Source: Fervidicoccaceae archaeon
GTDB lineage: Archaea > Thermoproteota > Thermoprotei_A > Sulfolobales > Fervidicoccaceae
Length of the DNA: 64,000 bases
Assembly (NCBI GenBank): GCA_038734945.1
Contig: JAVYOA010000002.1
Location: 124,001-188,000 of the forward strand
Reading direction: 5' to 3'
Part shown: piece after piece, positions 10,418-21,526 of the stretch
How the letters are laid out: each line of letters opens with the position of its first letter
Position numbering within the stretch: position 1 is the first letter of the stretch
Made by a program: the position numbers and the translations under genes
Notes under the pieces: model-generated
What the model saw: the letters and a program-made list of their open reading frames with translations, nothing else
Databases searched by the model: none
What the model was told of the DNA's origin: nothing

Positions 10418-12628
10418 TTATGGAGAGAGGAAATCAGAGACCTTTGGAGGCTCTGGTGGGAGACCCTTCCTCTCTCTTATCTTTCTGACAATATCTGACA
10501 ATATGGAATCTGGAACTGGCGCCCATCTGCTGAATTCTAGTCCCCAAAATGCCTTTCCTACTGTAGCGCTTCTCAGCTCACTTGCCAAATCAAACGATTC
10601 AGCTACTGGAATTTCTGCTATTAGTCTTGTTAGATCCCCTGCTTCAGTGACGTTCAATATCTTGCCCCTCTTTTTCGTCAAGATCGCAGTTACATTGCCC
10701 AAATAGCTCATCGGCATTCTGATGTCTAGCTTCTGAATGGGCTCCAGTATGGTTGGCCTTGCTGAGAGCATTCCTGCAAATATGGCGTTTCTCACGGCAG
10801 GATATATTTGTGCTGGGCCTCTGTGAGCTGGATCTTCATGGATGACTGCATCATGAAGAACAACCTTCACTCCTCTAACAGGCTCTGCTGCCAGAGGTCC
10901 TTCCTTCATTGCTAGTCGGAAAGCTTGAAGAATTGTGTCCTTCACTTCTCTCAAGTACTGCAGACCAGTCGTCTTGTCTACAAATATGTTTATATTTTCA
11001 TCAACCAGCCAGATTCTCCTTGCTTCATCATAGTCCCATGATGCCTTGTCCCTCAATATCTTTGCTCTGTCTCTGAAATCCTGATCGTTTGTTACCTGTC
11101 CCTCCTGTATCAGCTTTATTGTTTCATCGTTCAGAGGCTCCACGCCTATGTAGAATTTGTTGTGCTTGTTTGGGCTCTTCCCTTCGAATACGTCACTAAC
11201 GCTCCTTATGCTCTCTCTATATACTATGACCGGTGGGGAAGTGGTTACTTCCACTCCGTAGTTGTCCTTGAGAAAGGTCAGAGCTATTTCCAGATGAAGG
11301 GGACCCATTCCAGAAAGCAGGTACTCTCCTGTTTCTTCATTTATCTTGACAACGAGGTTTGGATCCTCTATGCTTAACCTATGTAGGCTTTCGATGAGCT
11401 TTGGTAGATCCTTGGTGTTCTTCGGCTCTACAGCTACAGTCACAACAGGCTCACTAACGTAATGGAGTCTCTCAAATGGGGCCATCTCATCTTTAAATGC
11501 TATATCCACAACAGTTTCTCCTGCCCTTGCCTTATCTAGACCAAGGACGGCTAGAATGTTCCCAGCGCTTATGACATCGGCTACTTCTCGTGTTGGACCC
11601 ATGTACAGGCTAACCTGCAGAACTCTCTGCGGAATTTTAGAGTTCACGAGCCATACTTCTTTCCCGCTCTCCATTTTGCCAGAGAAAAGCCTTCCAGTTG
11701 CCACGAGCCCAGCATGGGGATCCACCCTCATATCGCTGATCAGCATAACTGTTGGGCCATTGACATCCGCTTCCAACATAGCTTTGCCCAGAGGAGAGCT
11801 CACATCCCCCTTCCAGATCTTTGGAATTCTGTACCTCTGCGCCTCCCTGGGATTTGGAACGAATTTTATAACCATATCCAACAAGGCCTCAGCTACGGGA
11901 ACTCTTCTGGAAAGCTCCTCTATTGCCTCCTTGCCTCTATTGTAAGCATCAATCACATCTGATAGCTTTAGGCCGGTTTTCATTGAAACGGGAATGGTGA
12001 ATCCCCATTTTTCCTTGGCAGAACCAAATGCCACCTGTCCCTTTGCTGGATCAAGGAGCCATTTGTCTCTGAATTCAGGCTCAGCTTGACTCATTATCAG
12101 CTTGTTTACCTCTCTAATTATTTCTACGAATCTCTGCTGAATCTGGTTTGGCGTGTATTTGAGTTCTTTTATCAGTCTATCAACCTTGTTGATGAACAGA
12201 AGAGGCCTAACCCTTTCCTCGAGAGCCTGTCTGAGAACTGTTTCTGTTTGCGTCATTATCCCCTCAACAGCATCCACTACTACTATTGCTCCATCGAGAA
12301 CTCTCAGGCTCCTGGTGACCTTCCCAGTAAAGTCAACGTGCCCTGGTGTATCTATAAGGTTTATGACATATGGTTTTCCATCCATCTCATGATACAAACT
12401 GACGTTTGCTGCCTTCACAGTTATGCCTCTTTTCTGCTCAACCTCAAGATAGTCTGTAGCAAGTGCCTCTCCTGCAACTTTCTGCGATATTATTCCAGCA
12501 GCTGCCAGCAAGGTATCAGAAGTTGTTGTCTTCCCATGATCCACATGTGCTATAATACCAATGTTCCTTACCTGCTCAAGATTTGACATCATCTTGAGTA
12601 TATCGGGCACCATTTTGTATTTTACCAT
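10418..12628 (-). CDS. fusA: Translation elongation factor aEF-2
   Basis: [22 protein letters not shown], diphthamide-site HEDPAHRG; start placed at ATG 12628 behind GGGTGA. Confidence 0.98.
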   Translation of the reverse strand: MVKYKMVPDILKMMSNLEQVRNIGIIAHVDHGKTTTSDTLLAAAGIISQKVAGEALATDYLEVEQKRGITVKAANVSLYHEMDGKPYVINLIDTPGHVDFTGKVTRSLRVLDGAIVVVDAVEGIMTQTETVLRQALEERVRPLLFINKVDRLIKELKYTPNQIQQRFVEIIREVNKLIMSQAEPEFRDKWLLDPAKGQVAFGSAKEKWGFTIPVSMKTGLKLSDVIDAYNRGKEAIEELSRRVPVAEALLDMVIKFVPNPREAQRYRIPKIWKGDVSSPLGKAMLEADVNGPTVMLISDMRVDPHAGLVATGRLFSGKMESGKEVWLVNSKIPQRVLQVSLYMGPTREVADVISAGNILAVLGLDKARAGETVVDIAFKDEMAPFERLHYVSEPVVTVAVEPKNTKDLPKLIESLHRLSIEDPNLVVKINEETGEYLLSGMGPLHLEIALTFLKDNYGVEVTTSPPVIVYRESIRSVSDVFEGKSPNKHNKFYIGVEPLNDETIKLIQEGQVTNDQDFRDRAKILRDKASWDYDEARRIWLVDENINIFVDKTTGLQYLREVKDTILQAFRLAMKEGPLAAEPVRGVKVVLHDAVIHEDPAHRGPAQIYPAVRNAIFAGMLSARPTILEPIQKLDIRMPMSYLGNVTAILTKKRGKILNVTEAGDLTRLIAEIPVAESFDLASELRSATVGKAFWGLEFSRWAPVPDSILSDIVRKIRERKGLPPEPPKVSDFLSP

Positions 12629-12715
12629 TGTCTTTATCACCCATGCTCAATTGGGCTCAGCAAACTCTCATGAGCTATTTATTTAGCTCAATGCTAAGCA
12701 TTTATTTTAAAAAGA

Positions 12716-12730
12716 TTATAAAGTATTTTT
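12716..12730 (-). promoter_or_regulatory. Putative BRE/TATA promoter of aEF-2
   Basis: Minus strand AAAAATAC-TTTATAA about 90 nt upstream of the start codon. Confidence 0.55.
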
Positions 12731-12791
12731 TCAAAGCTAATTCTTGAACTTATCAAAGAATTGCCTCGGCCCAAATTTATTGGATATTGGA

Positions 12792-13847
12792 TCAATGAGA
12801 TTTCTCCGAAGCACGCTTGGAAAGAGATTTGCGAATCTCGGAAATAAGCTTCTGGGCTTCATTTTTGCTCAATCCTTTCTCCAGCGCAAATATTAGGAAG
12901 TCCCTGTGACCCGCTCTCCTTGTTTTCACTATATCCTCAACAACGCTTGCAATCAATTCTTTCGATATATCATCCAGACTGCTTCTAAATTTCAAGATTA
13001 TTCTTGTTTCTTCTTTCTTTGGTGAAACTACTATGGAGACATCGCTTCCAATTCTAAGAAGAAGATCTGCTACTTCTTTCTCATAGCTGCTGACAAAGGT
13101 CATAGAAATAATGAGATGATCTAGATCAGCAAGTGTTGTTCTCTGAAGAGCCTTGAGTCTGGCTATCCTGAGCGACCTATCCTCAATCCCTTTTCCCATG
13201 CAATTTCTTACCCTCTCATAATCTATTAGTGAAGAAATTTTTCCTGCCAATTCGAATGTCTTAGAAGTAGCTCTGAAAAATCTCGAAGTATCTGCCAATA
13301 TTCCCATAAGGAGGAGAACAAGCGTCTTATGATTCCAAGCATTGGTTGGGAGGATCTGGGCGACTATTTCCGATGTTGATGTAGAGATTGAATCCCAATA
13401 GTAGCTGTTGACTAGTTGCTTGAGAGTGTTTGAAGAATGGTGATCTATTAGAAATGTATCCTCATTTTTCATGATGGCCTCCACTACTTCCTTTGGCAGC
13501 TGCGACTCGGATGCTGTATCTACAATAATAATTGAGGAGCTCTTCAAGAGGGATGCTTCCATCTCTATTCGATAGTTTTCTTCATTCAAATTAACTTGAC
13601 ATTTCTCTAGTGAATTAGAAGCATCGCTTGAAATGCCCATTGGAAAAAAGAGTAAAATTTCCTCACTGCTTTTCAAACCATTCATTTTAAAAAAACTCTT
13701 CAGAGCAATAGAAGATGCTATGGCGTCAAGATCAGCGCTTTTGTGAGTCAATATCACCAGGTTTCTGTTTCTCGTCGCCAAATCCTTCAGTTCTTTCTCC
13801 AGTACTGAGTTTATCTGAGAGCACCTCCAGTAATTTTTTTGCCTCAT
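12792..13847 (-). CDS. DHH family phosphoesterase
   Basis: THKSADLDA, IIVDT, IDHH, GILADT; start may be TTG at 13781. Confidence 0.9.
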   Translation of the reverse strand: MRQKNYWRCSQINSVLEKELKDLATRNRNLVILTHKSADLDAIASSIALKSFFKMNGLKSSEEILLFFPMGISSDASNSLEKCQVNLNEENYRIEMEASLLKSSSIIIVDTASESQLPKEVVEAIMKNEDTFLIDHHSSNTLKQLVNSYYWDSISTSTSEIVAQILPTNAWNHKTLVLLLMGILADTSRFFRATSKTFELAGKISSLIDYERVRNCMGKGIEDRSLRIARLKALQRTTLADLDHLIISMTFVSSYEKEVADLLLRIGSDVSIVVSPKKEETRIILKFRSSLDDISKELIASVVEDIVKTRRAGHRDFLIFALEKGLSKNEAQKLISEIRKSLSKRASEKSH

Positions 13848-14058
13848 CCATTAAACCAGCAATTCTTTCCTCAGCAATAACGGATGGCTGTCTTTCCCTT
13901 ACATCTACTTCAATTTCCGCTTTTATTTCTCCCCTCAGTTCATCTATATCGAGGGAAAAAATTAAAGAGAGGTCCCCTCCCCTTCTTTTTTTCCTCTCCA
14001 GAGCTCTTCCATATTCATCAAGCGCTTTTTCAACTATTTCAGATGTTTTCTCTTTCAA
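13732..14058 (-). CDS. Hypothetical protein (charged, 108 aa) between prefoldin beta and the DHH gene
   Basis: Co-oriented, fills the gap, thermophile-like E/K/R composition; overlaps the DHH 5' end. Confidence 0.65.
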   Translation of the reverse strand: MKEKTSEIVEKALDEYGRALERKKRRGGDLSLIFSLDIDELRGEIKAEIEVDVRERQPSVIAEERIAGLMDEAKKLLEVLSDKLSTGERTEGFGDEKQKPGDIDSQKR

Positions 14059-14078
14059 GGTTCAATACCAGTGGGGAA

Positions 14079-14477
14079 TTATGAGCTGGAAGGACCAGCT
14101 CCTCTGCTCGTAGCTGTAGCAGCTCTCTGATAGTATTTTGTGAGTAATCCCTTCAATCTTTCCTGAAGAGCCCCTATTTGTTTCTTCAATTCTTCTTCAT
14201 CTTTCTTGTATTTCTCAACAATTAGCTCATCCGTGCTCTTTCTGTCCTCAAGCTCTTTGACCAGCTTTTCTCTGTCTTCCTCAAAAAGGATATTCCCCAC
14301 ATTTCTATAGACTTTTGAGCCCTGTGGTAGAGATTGAAGAGCTTCGAGAACTCTAGATATCTCCTTGACCTCATTCTCTAGCAATACCCTCTGATTTGTC
14401 AAAAGCGTGTATTTCTCCTGCAGTTCATCCAACTGTTGAGCTATCTGCTCAATTTCCGGGGGAACCTTCTCTGCCAT
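14079..14477 (-). CDS. pfdB: Prefoldin beta subunit
   Basis: Coiled-coil/beta-hairpin pattern KVYRNVGNILFE; VPPEIEQ N-terminus; GGAGG upstream. Confidence 0.93.
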   Translation of the reverse strand: MAEKVPPEIEQIAQQLDELQEKYTLLTNQRVLLENEVKEISRVLEALQSLPQGSKVYRNVGNILFEEDREKLVKELEDRKSTDELIVEKYKKDEEELKKQIGALQERLKGLLTKYYQRAATATSRGAGPSSS

Positions 14478-14585
14478 GATCCATAAACCTCCTTTCTAAA
14501 GCTCCTTCATGCCTTTTTCCCGGGAACTTAATATATCTTAGCATATTCTCTCTGTCTTCAACTTAGAAAATTTCCTTTTAGTTTC

Positions 14586-15422
14586 TCATTTGCTTTGTTC
14601 GTTGCTGTCTGGCCACTCTCCCTCTTCTTCTCTATTGAAGCCCTTTATCCCTTTTTCCTTCGATTCTATCATTTTTTTGGCTAATTCCGGATTGAGCCTG
14701 AAGTCCTCAGCCTTTTTCCCGGTAGAAGGGCCAAGAATCATGCCTTCTCCAGGCTTTATGTAAATTTCATGGGAGGATAGGTCGTGATTCGTCTGTCTCA
14801 TCTTCTCTATTAGAACAAACCTTCTTAGCAATCCCTTCGAGAGTATCTTTTTGAACCTTATAATTCCATCTGCTATGTGTTCCAATCCAAAGCCATAGGC
14901 AAGGTCTGTAGTTACAGCATATTGGGAAATCAAATAAGCAGTGACATCCCATTTGTTCAGTACTCTCTTCACATAGTAGCTCATTTTCCTAGCCATTGCT
15001 GGCCTATCGATCCAAAATGCGCTCATGCTATCGACAACTAGCCTCGTTCTCCCATAACCTAGTTTCTTCTTTGCCTCAATAACTTTGCTGATTAGCTCCT
15101 CAATATTCACTTCATTGAGGGTCCACTCGTCCTCCTTTGACTTCATTAGAGCATCAATTATTATTAATTTAGAGTCTTCTATTCCCTTCTTGAAATCCAT
15201 GTGAAATTGCCTTGCTTGAGCTATAATGCTCTCTCTGCTCTCCTCAGTTGTCACATATATGACTCTATCATTGCTCCTTATCCCTTCCCAAGCGAAGTGA
15301 AGGGAGAATATAGTCTTCCCAGTGCCTGGCTCACCTACAATTGAAATGAAAAAGCCTCTTGGAATGCCTCCCTCTATTAGCTCATCAAAGGATTTTATTC
15401 CTGTGCTTAGCCTCTCAATCAT
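14586..15422 (-). CDS. Single-domain KaiC-like (RecA-superfamily) ATPase
   Basis: RLSTGI..FDELI.GGIP, GEPGTGKT, YVTTEES, RLVVDS, EHIADGII, IEKMRQT. Confidence 0.92.
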   Translation of the reverse strand: MIERLSTGIKSFDELIEGGIPRGFFISIVGEPGTGKTIFSLHFAWEGIRSNDRVIYVTTEESRESIIAQARQFHMDFKKGIEDSKLIIIDALMKSKEDEWTLNEVNIEELISKVIEAKKKLGYGRTRLVVDSMSAFWIDRPAMARKMSYYVKRVLNKWDVTAYLISQYAVTTDLAYGFGLEHIADGIIRFKKILSKGLLRRFVLIEKMRQTNHDLSSHEIYIKPGEGMILGPSTGKKAEDFRLNPELAKKMIESKEKGIKGFNREEEGEWPDSNEQSK

Positions 15423-15519
15423 CTTTCTTCATGTCCCTTCTATGAGCTCCTTTAATTTTTTATTAAAATTTAAATTGTTGACCTAGATATTTTTGATGCC
15501 AAATGTGATTTTTCTTAGA

Positions 15520-15789
15520 TCATTCAGATATAGCCGTGGAGTCCAGAGAGACCTTGAGAAGGTACAGATATGAATTAATCAAGGCTCTGAATCCGCTATC
15601 TGTTGTGCTTTCTATTGTTAGCTCCAATGCATTTTCTCCGCTCTGGCTGATTATAACCTTTCCCCTCTTTTCATCGGCCTGTGATGCCTCTTCTGGCTTC
15701 AAGGACAAAAAGAGGCTGTGTATGAGCTTCGAATTGCTTGAATGAATTGTTAGATTAAGTACGTATTTATTTACTTTCAATTTCTTCAC
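15520..15789 (-). CDS. pcc1: KEOPS complex subunit Pcc1
   Basis: SLKPE and FRALINSYL motifs; position next to Brix. Confidence 0.85.
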   Translation of the reverse strand: MKKLKVNKYVLNLTIHSSNSKLIHSLFLSLKPEEASQADEKRGKVIISQSGENALELTIESTTDSGFRALINSYLYLLKVSLDSTAISE

Positions 15790-16366
15790 CGAGCTCTAAT
15801 GTTCTTCTTGGAGAAGTTATTTTGTGATATTTTATTATGGGACCCATGTTTAAGTTTCCAGGTAACTGCTTGAACTTTATGATCTTCAGGGAGGAATTTA
15901 TGCTAATTTTTATATATTTTCCTTCAGGGGGAAGTGTTAACCCTGTTTGGAAAAGCTGATGAAGTGCAAGAATGAGTGCCCTAGTTTCCTCACTTGCTTC
16001 AGGTATTGAATCAACTATTATTTCCCTAATTTTCTCAGCCTCGATGCCGTGATGCCCTGCCTCGCGAGAAAGAGCGACTCCTTTCAGGAAAATTGTGTAT
16101 GTGTGAAGAATTTTTTTCGAAGCCGATGCTTGAGAAAGATCATAGAGCCTTATTATTGATGGATTTCCCCTCATTTCTCCAATTACAGCCAAGGTCTCAG
16201 AATTTTCTGCTAGTGCTTCCTCAACAAGCTCCTGAAAAGTCATCTTACCCCTATTAAGCCTCACAAGCCATGGAGCCAATGAAGTTAAGTCCTTCACAAA
16301 GCTACGCGTTCTGGGAGATGGCTCTCTGGAAGTAGTTATGAGTACCTTTTTCTTCACTTTCATCAT
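15767..16366 (-). CDS. Brix-domain (Imp4-like) ribosome biogenesis protein
   Basis: LITTSREPSPRTRSF, RLNRGK, EMRGNP. Confidence 0.92.
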   Translation of the reverse strand: MMKVKKKVLITTSREPSPRTRSFVKDLTSLAPWLVRLNRGKMTFQELVEEALAENSETLAVIGEMRGNPSIIRLYDLSQASASKKILHTYTIFLKGVALSREAGHHGIEAEKIREIIVDSIPEASEETRALILALHQLFQTGLTLPPEGKYIKISINSSLKIIKFKQLPGNLNMGPIIKYHKITSPRRTLELGEEIESK

Positions 16367-16406
16367 CTGTTGATAAAATCTGCTTGATTTTAGAAGTTGG
16401 GTTGTG

Positions 16407-16670
16407 CTAGCTTACTCTCTGCACTGTTTTTGGGAAGAGCTTGTTCAGACCGCTTCTTGGAACGTATGACCCCCCGGCCCATACCGAACCGCACTTCTTG
16501 CACTTCCATATTCCAACACTTATCCTCACAACCTTACCAGTAATCCCGCAGAAGGGGCATGTGTGTTCAGCATATCTCTTTTCCATAATTTCTTTGTACT
16601 GCTTCCTTAGAGTTGAACCGTATCTAGGACCAAATTTTCCCGCAATGCCAACCAATTTAGTTCTGCCCAT
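16407..16670 (-). CDS. rpl37ae: 50S ribosomal protein L37Ae (eL43)
   Basis: GKFGPRYG..LRK, CPFC...WKCKKC...AGGSY. Confidence 0.97.
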   Translation of the reverse strand: MGRTKLVGIAGKFGPRYGSTLRKQYKEIMEKRYAEHTCPFCGITGKVVRISVGIWKCKKCGSVWAGGSYVPRSGLNKLFPKTVQRVS

Positions 16671-16744
16671 CTCATACACCGTTCTCTGATTATTCTAATC
16701 CACCATCCATTAAACGAGTTAAAAACTGGGTTTATTAAGCTGAT

Positions 16745-17632
16745 CTATGCTGATTCTCTTTGAAGTGTGTCCTCAATGCTTTCTTTTCTTTCATCTTGAG
16801 GTTTTTTGTCTGACAGAGCTCTTTCTATTTCCTGTAAATATTTCTGTGCTACTTTCCAAGCTAGATCAATCATAGCATCAATATCTCTCTCATCTAGGGA
16901 ACCTGTTCCCATTTTCTGCATTCCTGCTATTACTCCTTCTTCCGTAAAGGATACGGAGAGCCTGGCATCTGATACGTATTCTTCCTCCTCAGTTGGATCA
17001 GCTACATAGTAGCTTCCAATTTTAGCAATTGTAGCAGTTATCACTTTTTTTGTTAGTTTCAGGTTGCCTCTATATCCTTCCTTTTTTGTCAAAAAGCCCA
17101 AATCGCCTATCTCATAGTTTGGTATCTTTGCTCTGGATAGAGCCACCAGAGTAGCTATTGCTGAGGCATCTATCAAGTTTCCCGAATGATTCAGGACATA
17201 TATGTCATTCCAGACAACAAGCACTTTCTGTCCTGGCAATATTGCAAGGTCCTTGAGATCAATCGCCTTTGTCTCTCTGTAAGATCTGTCTATTATCCTT
17301 GCCAGCTCATAAGCGTTTTCATCAGGCGGCCCTGGCTCAAAGAGGGGGGAGGCAAGAGGGACAAATTCTGCATTTATCATAAGAACTCCCTCATCTGGCT
17401 GATCCGGATAAGGACTTCCGGGCTCCATTTTTATGCCAACAAGAACAACGGTATCTCCGAGATTGACGAGAGCTGAACCATCGCTTTTTTCTATATAGTC
17501 TGGAACTATGGAAATTCTTCTTATGTCATCCAATCCTCTTCCATCAGCTCGTTTCCCAACTTCCAGCAGCGAGAGTATTGTTTCTTTCTGTATCTTTGGT
17601 ACTAGAGGATATGTGCTAGGAGTAACGCTCAT
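16745..17632 (-). CDS. rrp42: Exosome core subunit Rrp42
   Basis: [21 protein letters not shown], RNase PH fold. Confidence 0.96.
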   Translation of the reverse strand: MSVTPSTYPLVPKIQKETILSLLEVGKRADGRGLDDIRRISIVPDYIEKSDGSALVNLGDTVVLVGIKMEPGSPYPDQPDEGVLMINAEFVPLASPLFEPGPPDENAYELARIIDRSYRETKAIDLKDLAILPGQKVLVVWNDIYVLNHSGNLIDASAIATLVALSRAKIPNYEIGDLGFLTKKEGYRGNLKLTKKVITATIAKIGSYYVADPTEEEEYVSDARLSVSFTEEGVIAGMQKMGTGSLDERDIDAMIDLAWKVAQKYLQEIERALSDKKPQDERKESIEDTLQRESA

Positions 17633-18363
17633 GCGCTTTCAGCCTCCTTCTCTTCTTCAGTCATTCTAGCATAATTATCTCTGAGAGTCTGTTTTTGAAT
17701 GAGGTATATTTCCCTAATTGCCTTCGTAGCCATTCTCAAGGCTTCCTTGAACTCATCTCTCGTGAGAGAGCCGTTCAGCTGCAAAAGCACTATCTTTCCT
17801 AAATTGGGCATCATGGCTACAGGCATATCAGCCTCCCCTCCACTATCTTCAGCTTCATTTATATCCAGCACAAGTTTTCCATTCACTTTACCTACAGCGA
17901 CGCCTGCTATCAGATCCCTCATTGGTATTCCAGCATCAGCCAATGCTAAGCTAGCAGCAGTCAGACTAGTAGTCCTGGTCCCTCCATCAGCCTGTAGAAC
18001 CTCTATGAAGATATCGATTGTGGTCCTTGGATAGAGTTCGGTGAATATTGATGATTCTAGCGATTCCCTAATAACCTTTGATAGCTCAACCTCTCTCCTC
18101 GTGGGAGCAGGTGACTTCCTCTCTGTTGTGCTGAATGGAGCCATGTGATATCTTACCCTCAAAATAGCCCTGTCTGGAAGGGTCATGTGTCTGGGAAGAG
18201 CTTCTCTTGGACCGTATACAGCTGCTATGACTGTTGTCTTTCCATAGGATACAAGAGCTGAGCCCTGAGCATTCTTGAGAACTCCAACGCTCATTGAAAT
18301 TGGTCTCATTTGATCTGGTCTCCTTCCGTCGATTCTCAACCCGTCTTCATTTATTAGCTTCAT
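17629..18363 (-). CDS. rrp41: Exosome core subunit Rrp41
   Basis: [31 protein letters not shown]. Confidence 0.97.
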   Translation of the reverse strand: MKLINEDGLRIDGRRPDQMRPISMSVGVLKNAQGSALVSYGKTTVIAAVYGPREALPRHMTLPDRAILRVRYHMAPFSTTERKSPAPTRREVELSKVIRESLESSIFTELYPRTTIDIFIEVLQADGGTRTTSLTAASLALADAGIPMRDLIAGVAVGKVNGKLVLDINEAEDSGGEADMPVAMMPNLGKIVLLQLNGSLTRDEFKEALRMATKAIREIYLIQKQTLRDNYARMTEEEKEAESA

Positions 18364-18374
18364 ATTTCCCTTAA

Positions 18375-19100
18375 CTATTTCCTATCACCTCTTCTTGCTT
18401 TTTCCTCACGTATGAATTCCAAGATATTAGAGATGCCGATCACAGATATGTCAGAAGAATCGATCTTTTTCAACGCTAATATAGCTATGTCCTCCAGAAT
18501 GGGATCTTTTCCATACAGCCAAATTCTGCCGTTGTTTCCAACGAAGATGCTGGTTTCGGTTTCTTTAGCGATCAATTCTACAAGGGTTCTTTTTCTAAAT
18601 AGGAGTAAATTTGCTACTCTAGACGAGAGCTCAATGACCTTTCCTTGGGTAATTTTGCCGAGTCCCTTTCCTCTCATTGTGAGGACGGGATCTCTTAGTC
18701 TGTCAAAAGCAAGAACTCTTAGGAGAACGTGATCCCCTATGCTTAGGAACTTTCTCAATGTATCCACTGTTGCTTGAGTCTGCCTGAGAAGGGTCTCACC
18801 AACTGGAAGCTGCCCCTCATAGGGGCTATTTATGTCCACAGTCCAATATGTGGGACCAACATCGGTTATCAGTCCTACTACCATGTCATTCGGCTTCGGA
18901 ATGTAAGCATGTTCCATGGGAATTAAGTAAACTTTGTCTTCCTTTATCTCTGCCAAGCCAATAATGCTTGAATAGTATTTGTTTCCTTCCTTGTATAGAT
19001 AAACGCTGTTAGTTTCTATTTTTCCCTCAGCTATTAAATCTCCGGGAAGCACGATATCCCTCTGTTGTATGTAAAACACTGGCCTCGGAATTTCACTCAA
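18375..19100 (-). CDS. rrp4: Exosome cap subunit Rrp4
   Basis: [36 protein letters not shown]. Confidence 0.95.
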   Translation of the reverse strand: MSEIPRPVFYIQQRDIVLPGDLIAEGKIETNSVYLYKEGNKYYSSIIGLAEIKEDKVYLIPMEHAYIPKPNDMVVGLITDVGPTYWTVDINSPYEGQLPVGETLLRQTQATVDTLRKFLSIGDHVLLRVLAFDRLRDPVLTMRGKGLGKITQGKVIELSSRVANLLLFRKRTLVELIAKETETSIFVGNNGRIWLYGKDPILEDIAILALKKIDSSDISVIGISNILEFIREEKARRGDRK

Positions 19101-19791
19101 CTTTCAACACCTTTACGCTAACTTCTCCTTTTGTGAGTTTATTTAGCTTGTCTATAACCTCCTCCTGTAGTCCAGCTGGAATTTCCAGCTCGATCAGTAC
19201 ACTGCCGTCATTTTTCCAATCGACCTTGTGAGTTATTCCCAGGCTCTTTGCTTCACTGAATGCTCTGCTGGAATGCTCGGGGGGTATCGTAATCTCGAGA
19301 ATGGCCCTTGCCATTTTTATTGGCATGAGCCTCGAGATCGCTTTAACAACAGCTATGGCCTGCTCTTCAACGGATTTGTAGATATCTATTCCAATTCTTG
19401 CTTCCTCCATTGCCTTCTCAATTCTCTGCGGCGGAATGGGGAGCTTTGTTTTTGGATCGATGGCATTTCTGGATATGTAAGTTACTATTAGTTTCTTCTT
19501 CGATTCAAGCATTTTCCTTCTCTGCTCGGTAGTAAGCTGGAGCTCTCCTTCCTTCAATATCTTCTCTGCTACAGTCTTGAAATCCTCTGTGCCAAAAACT
19601 GATTTTATGTCCTCAGGAGAGGCTTTTAGACCCTTCCTAACGTCCTTATAGATGAATTCGCTCTTGACTACTTCCTCAATGCCTGGTTTTCCGCTCTCTC
19701 TATATTGGAAAGCGAGATTGGGGTCGACTAATATTTCGAAGTGCTTTCCCTTGTGATCATATTTTGCTACAATATATTCTTTTGAGGACAT
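19093..19791 (-). CDS. Ribosome maturation factor SBDS/Sdo1
   Basis: [36 protein letters not shown]. Confidence 0.96.
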   Translation of the reverse strand: MSSKEYIVAKYDHKGKHFEILVDPNLAFQYRESGKPGIEEVVKSEFIYKDVRKGLKASPEDIKSVFGTEDFKTVAEKILKEGELQLTTEQRRKMLESKKKLIVTYISRNAIDPKTKLPIPPQRIEKAMEEARIGIDIYKSVEEQAIAVVKAISRLMPIKMARAILEITIPPEHSSRAFSEAKSLGITHKVDWKNDGSVLIELEIPAGLQEEVIDKLNKLTKGEVSVKVLKVE

Positions 19792-19987
19792 CTCCTTTCA
19801 CTTCAGCTCTTTTTCTAGGTTATTTATTACTAATATCTTTGCTTGTTTCACGTACATTATGAATTTCAATTTTTTCCTTTTAAAGAAATTTAGAGAGAAG
19901 TTCCAACTTACAGCACAAACAAAAAGAAAGATTATAAACTGTTGAGTTTGTAGAATATAGCAGGTTCAGAATGAGGCTGAGAGGGCA

Positions 19988-20350
19988 ATGTCTTCAATTG
20001 CTCGAAGTGGCAAGCTAATAGATCTAGAAGACGGTATTACGCTTGAAGTGCTGGAGGAAAGGGAAAATTTCTTGATAGGAAGGAAAGAAATAGAGGGGAT
20101 TGTTTATCATGGAGGCAAGGGAACCCCAGCTATTCCTTCACTCAGGGAGAAGATTTCCAAGAAGCTCGGCGTAGATTTGAAACAAACATACATACGATCA
20201 CTTAAAACAGAGTATGGTGCTGCTAGGAGTAGGATCCTCCTTCATATTTACAAAGCACCCAAGCTTGCCAGCGAATATGAGCCAAAACACATAATTGAGA
20301 GGAATAAAACACTCCAGGAGGAAATAGAAGAAGCGGAAAAGAGGGGATAA
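19988..20350 (+). CDS. rps24e: 30S ribosomal protein S24e
   Basis: RENFLIGRKEI, H.GKGTP, KTEYG, EPKHIIERN. Confidence 0.92.
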   Translation: MSSIARSGKLIDLEDGITLEVLEERENFLIGRKEIEGIVYHGGKGTPAIPSLREKISKKLGVDLKQTYIRSLKTEYGAARSRILLHIYKAPKLASEYEPKHIIERNKTLQEEIEEAEKRG

Positions 20351-20354
20351 TTTC

Positions 20355-20525
20355 TTGGCCGAGATTCACAATCTCTATGAATTCGACTACAAAACTGGAA
20401 AAATTAGGCTGAAAAACAGGAAATGTCCAAGATGTGGAGGCATAATGGCTTTCCACAGGGAGCCAGTCCAAAGGTGGTATTGTGGAGCATGTGGCTACAC
20501 GGAATTCTCAACGGGAGAAAGGTGA
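20355..20525 (+). CDS. rps27ae: 30S ribosomal protein S27ae
   Basis: Missed by the ORF track (56 aa, TTG start). My translation: MAEIHNLYEFDYKTGKIRLKNRKCPRCGGIMAFHREPVQRWYCGACGYTEFSTGER. Confidence 0.96.
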   Translation: MAEIHNLYEFDYKTGKIRLKNRKCPRCGGIMAFHREPVQRWYCGACGYTEFSTGER

Positions 20526-21526
20526 GGGTTTTAGGAATAGAGTCAACAGCACATACTCTTGGAATCGGAATTGCGCAGAATTACCCTCCATATATTTTGT
20601 CAAATGAAAAAAGCAAATATGAACCTGTCTTAGGAGGAATTCATCCCAGAGAAGCTTCAAGAAATCATGCTGAAAAGATAGGTGAAGTTCTAAAGAGCGC
20701 CCTCAATAAGGCAAATCTAACGATAAAAGACATTGATGCAATAGCGGTTGCCCTGGGGCCAGGAATGGGGCCATGCTTGAGAGTTGGTGCTACAGCAGCG
20801 CGAGCCCTAGCTTCCTATTATGATAAAAAGCTGGTTCCTGTGAACCATAGTATAGCACATATAGAGATTGGCAATCTTTTATCCGGATTCGAAGACCCAT
20901 TAATCATCTATGTTTCTGGGGGAAACACGAGCATAGTAGCTTACGGACAGAAGAGATATAGAGTTTTTGGAGAGACGCAGGATATAGCTCTTGGAAATCT
21001 AAGAGATGTATTTGCAAGAGAAGCGGGAATTGCTCCACCTTACATAGTAAATGGATGGCATGCTCTCGATCTCTGTGCAAGAAGGTCTCAAACCAAGGAG
21101 ATACTAGATCTGCCCTACATAGTAAAGGGGCAGGATGTATCCTATGCAGGTCTATTGACTTCCGCTCTGAAGAAACTAAGGGAGGGCTATAAGCTGGAAG
21201 ATATCTGCTATTCTGTTGTTGAAATAAGCTTTTCAATGATTACGGAAGTTGCGGAGAGGGGCCTCGCACATACCAGGAAACAGGAAGTGCTTCTGACTGG
21301 AGGTGTATCGGCAAGCCAAATACTGGATGAAAAGGTCAAGCTCATGGCTGAAAGTCACGGTGCAAGGTACTATAACGTACCACCAGCTTATGCTGGAGAC
21401 AATGGAGCAATGATAGCTTGGACAGGAGTTCTTGCATATCTCAGCGGAGTTTCAATAGATCCGCGAGAAGCAACTATCGATCAGCGATGGAGAATAGAAG
21501 AGGTAGAGATTCCTTGGAGAAACTGA
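20522..21526 (+). CDS. kae1: KEOPS t6A synthase Kae1
   Basis: VLGIESTAHT, GGIHPREA, HSIAH, VSGGNT, GDNGAMIA; start re-placed at GTG 20522 overlapping the rps27ae TGA. Confidence 0.96.
   Translation: MRVLGIESTAHTLGIGIAQNYPPYILSNEKSKYEPVLGGIHPREASRNHAEKIGEVLKSALNKANLTIKDIDAIAVALGPGMGPCLRVGATAARALASYYDKKLVPVNHSIAHIEIGNLLSGFEDPLIIYVSGGNTSIVAYGQKRYRVFGETQDIALGNLRDVFAREAGIAPPYIVNGWHALDLCARRSQTKEILDLPYIVKGQDVSYAGLLTSALKKLREGYKLEDICYSVVEISFSMITEVAERGLAHTRKQEVLLTGGVSASQILDEKVKLMAESHGARYYNVPPAYAGDNGAMIAWTGVLAYLSGVSIDPREATIDQRWRIEEVEIPWRN

Noticed and set aside
10418..12628. aEF-2 not adjacent to S12/S7 genes
   Set aside because: A detached EF-2 gene is known in crenarchaeotes, so it is not notable
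20423..20521. N-terminal extension of Kae1 in the ORF track
   Set aside because: This stretch encodes rps27ae in another frame; Kae1 homology begins at GTG 20522
21418..21526. Kae1-Bud32 fusion broken by a frameshift
   Set aside because: Kae1 ends with its normal C-terminus (QRWRIEEVEIPW) and Bud32 has its own plausible starts; separate overlapping genes are the common state
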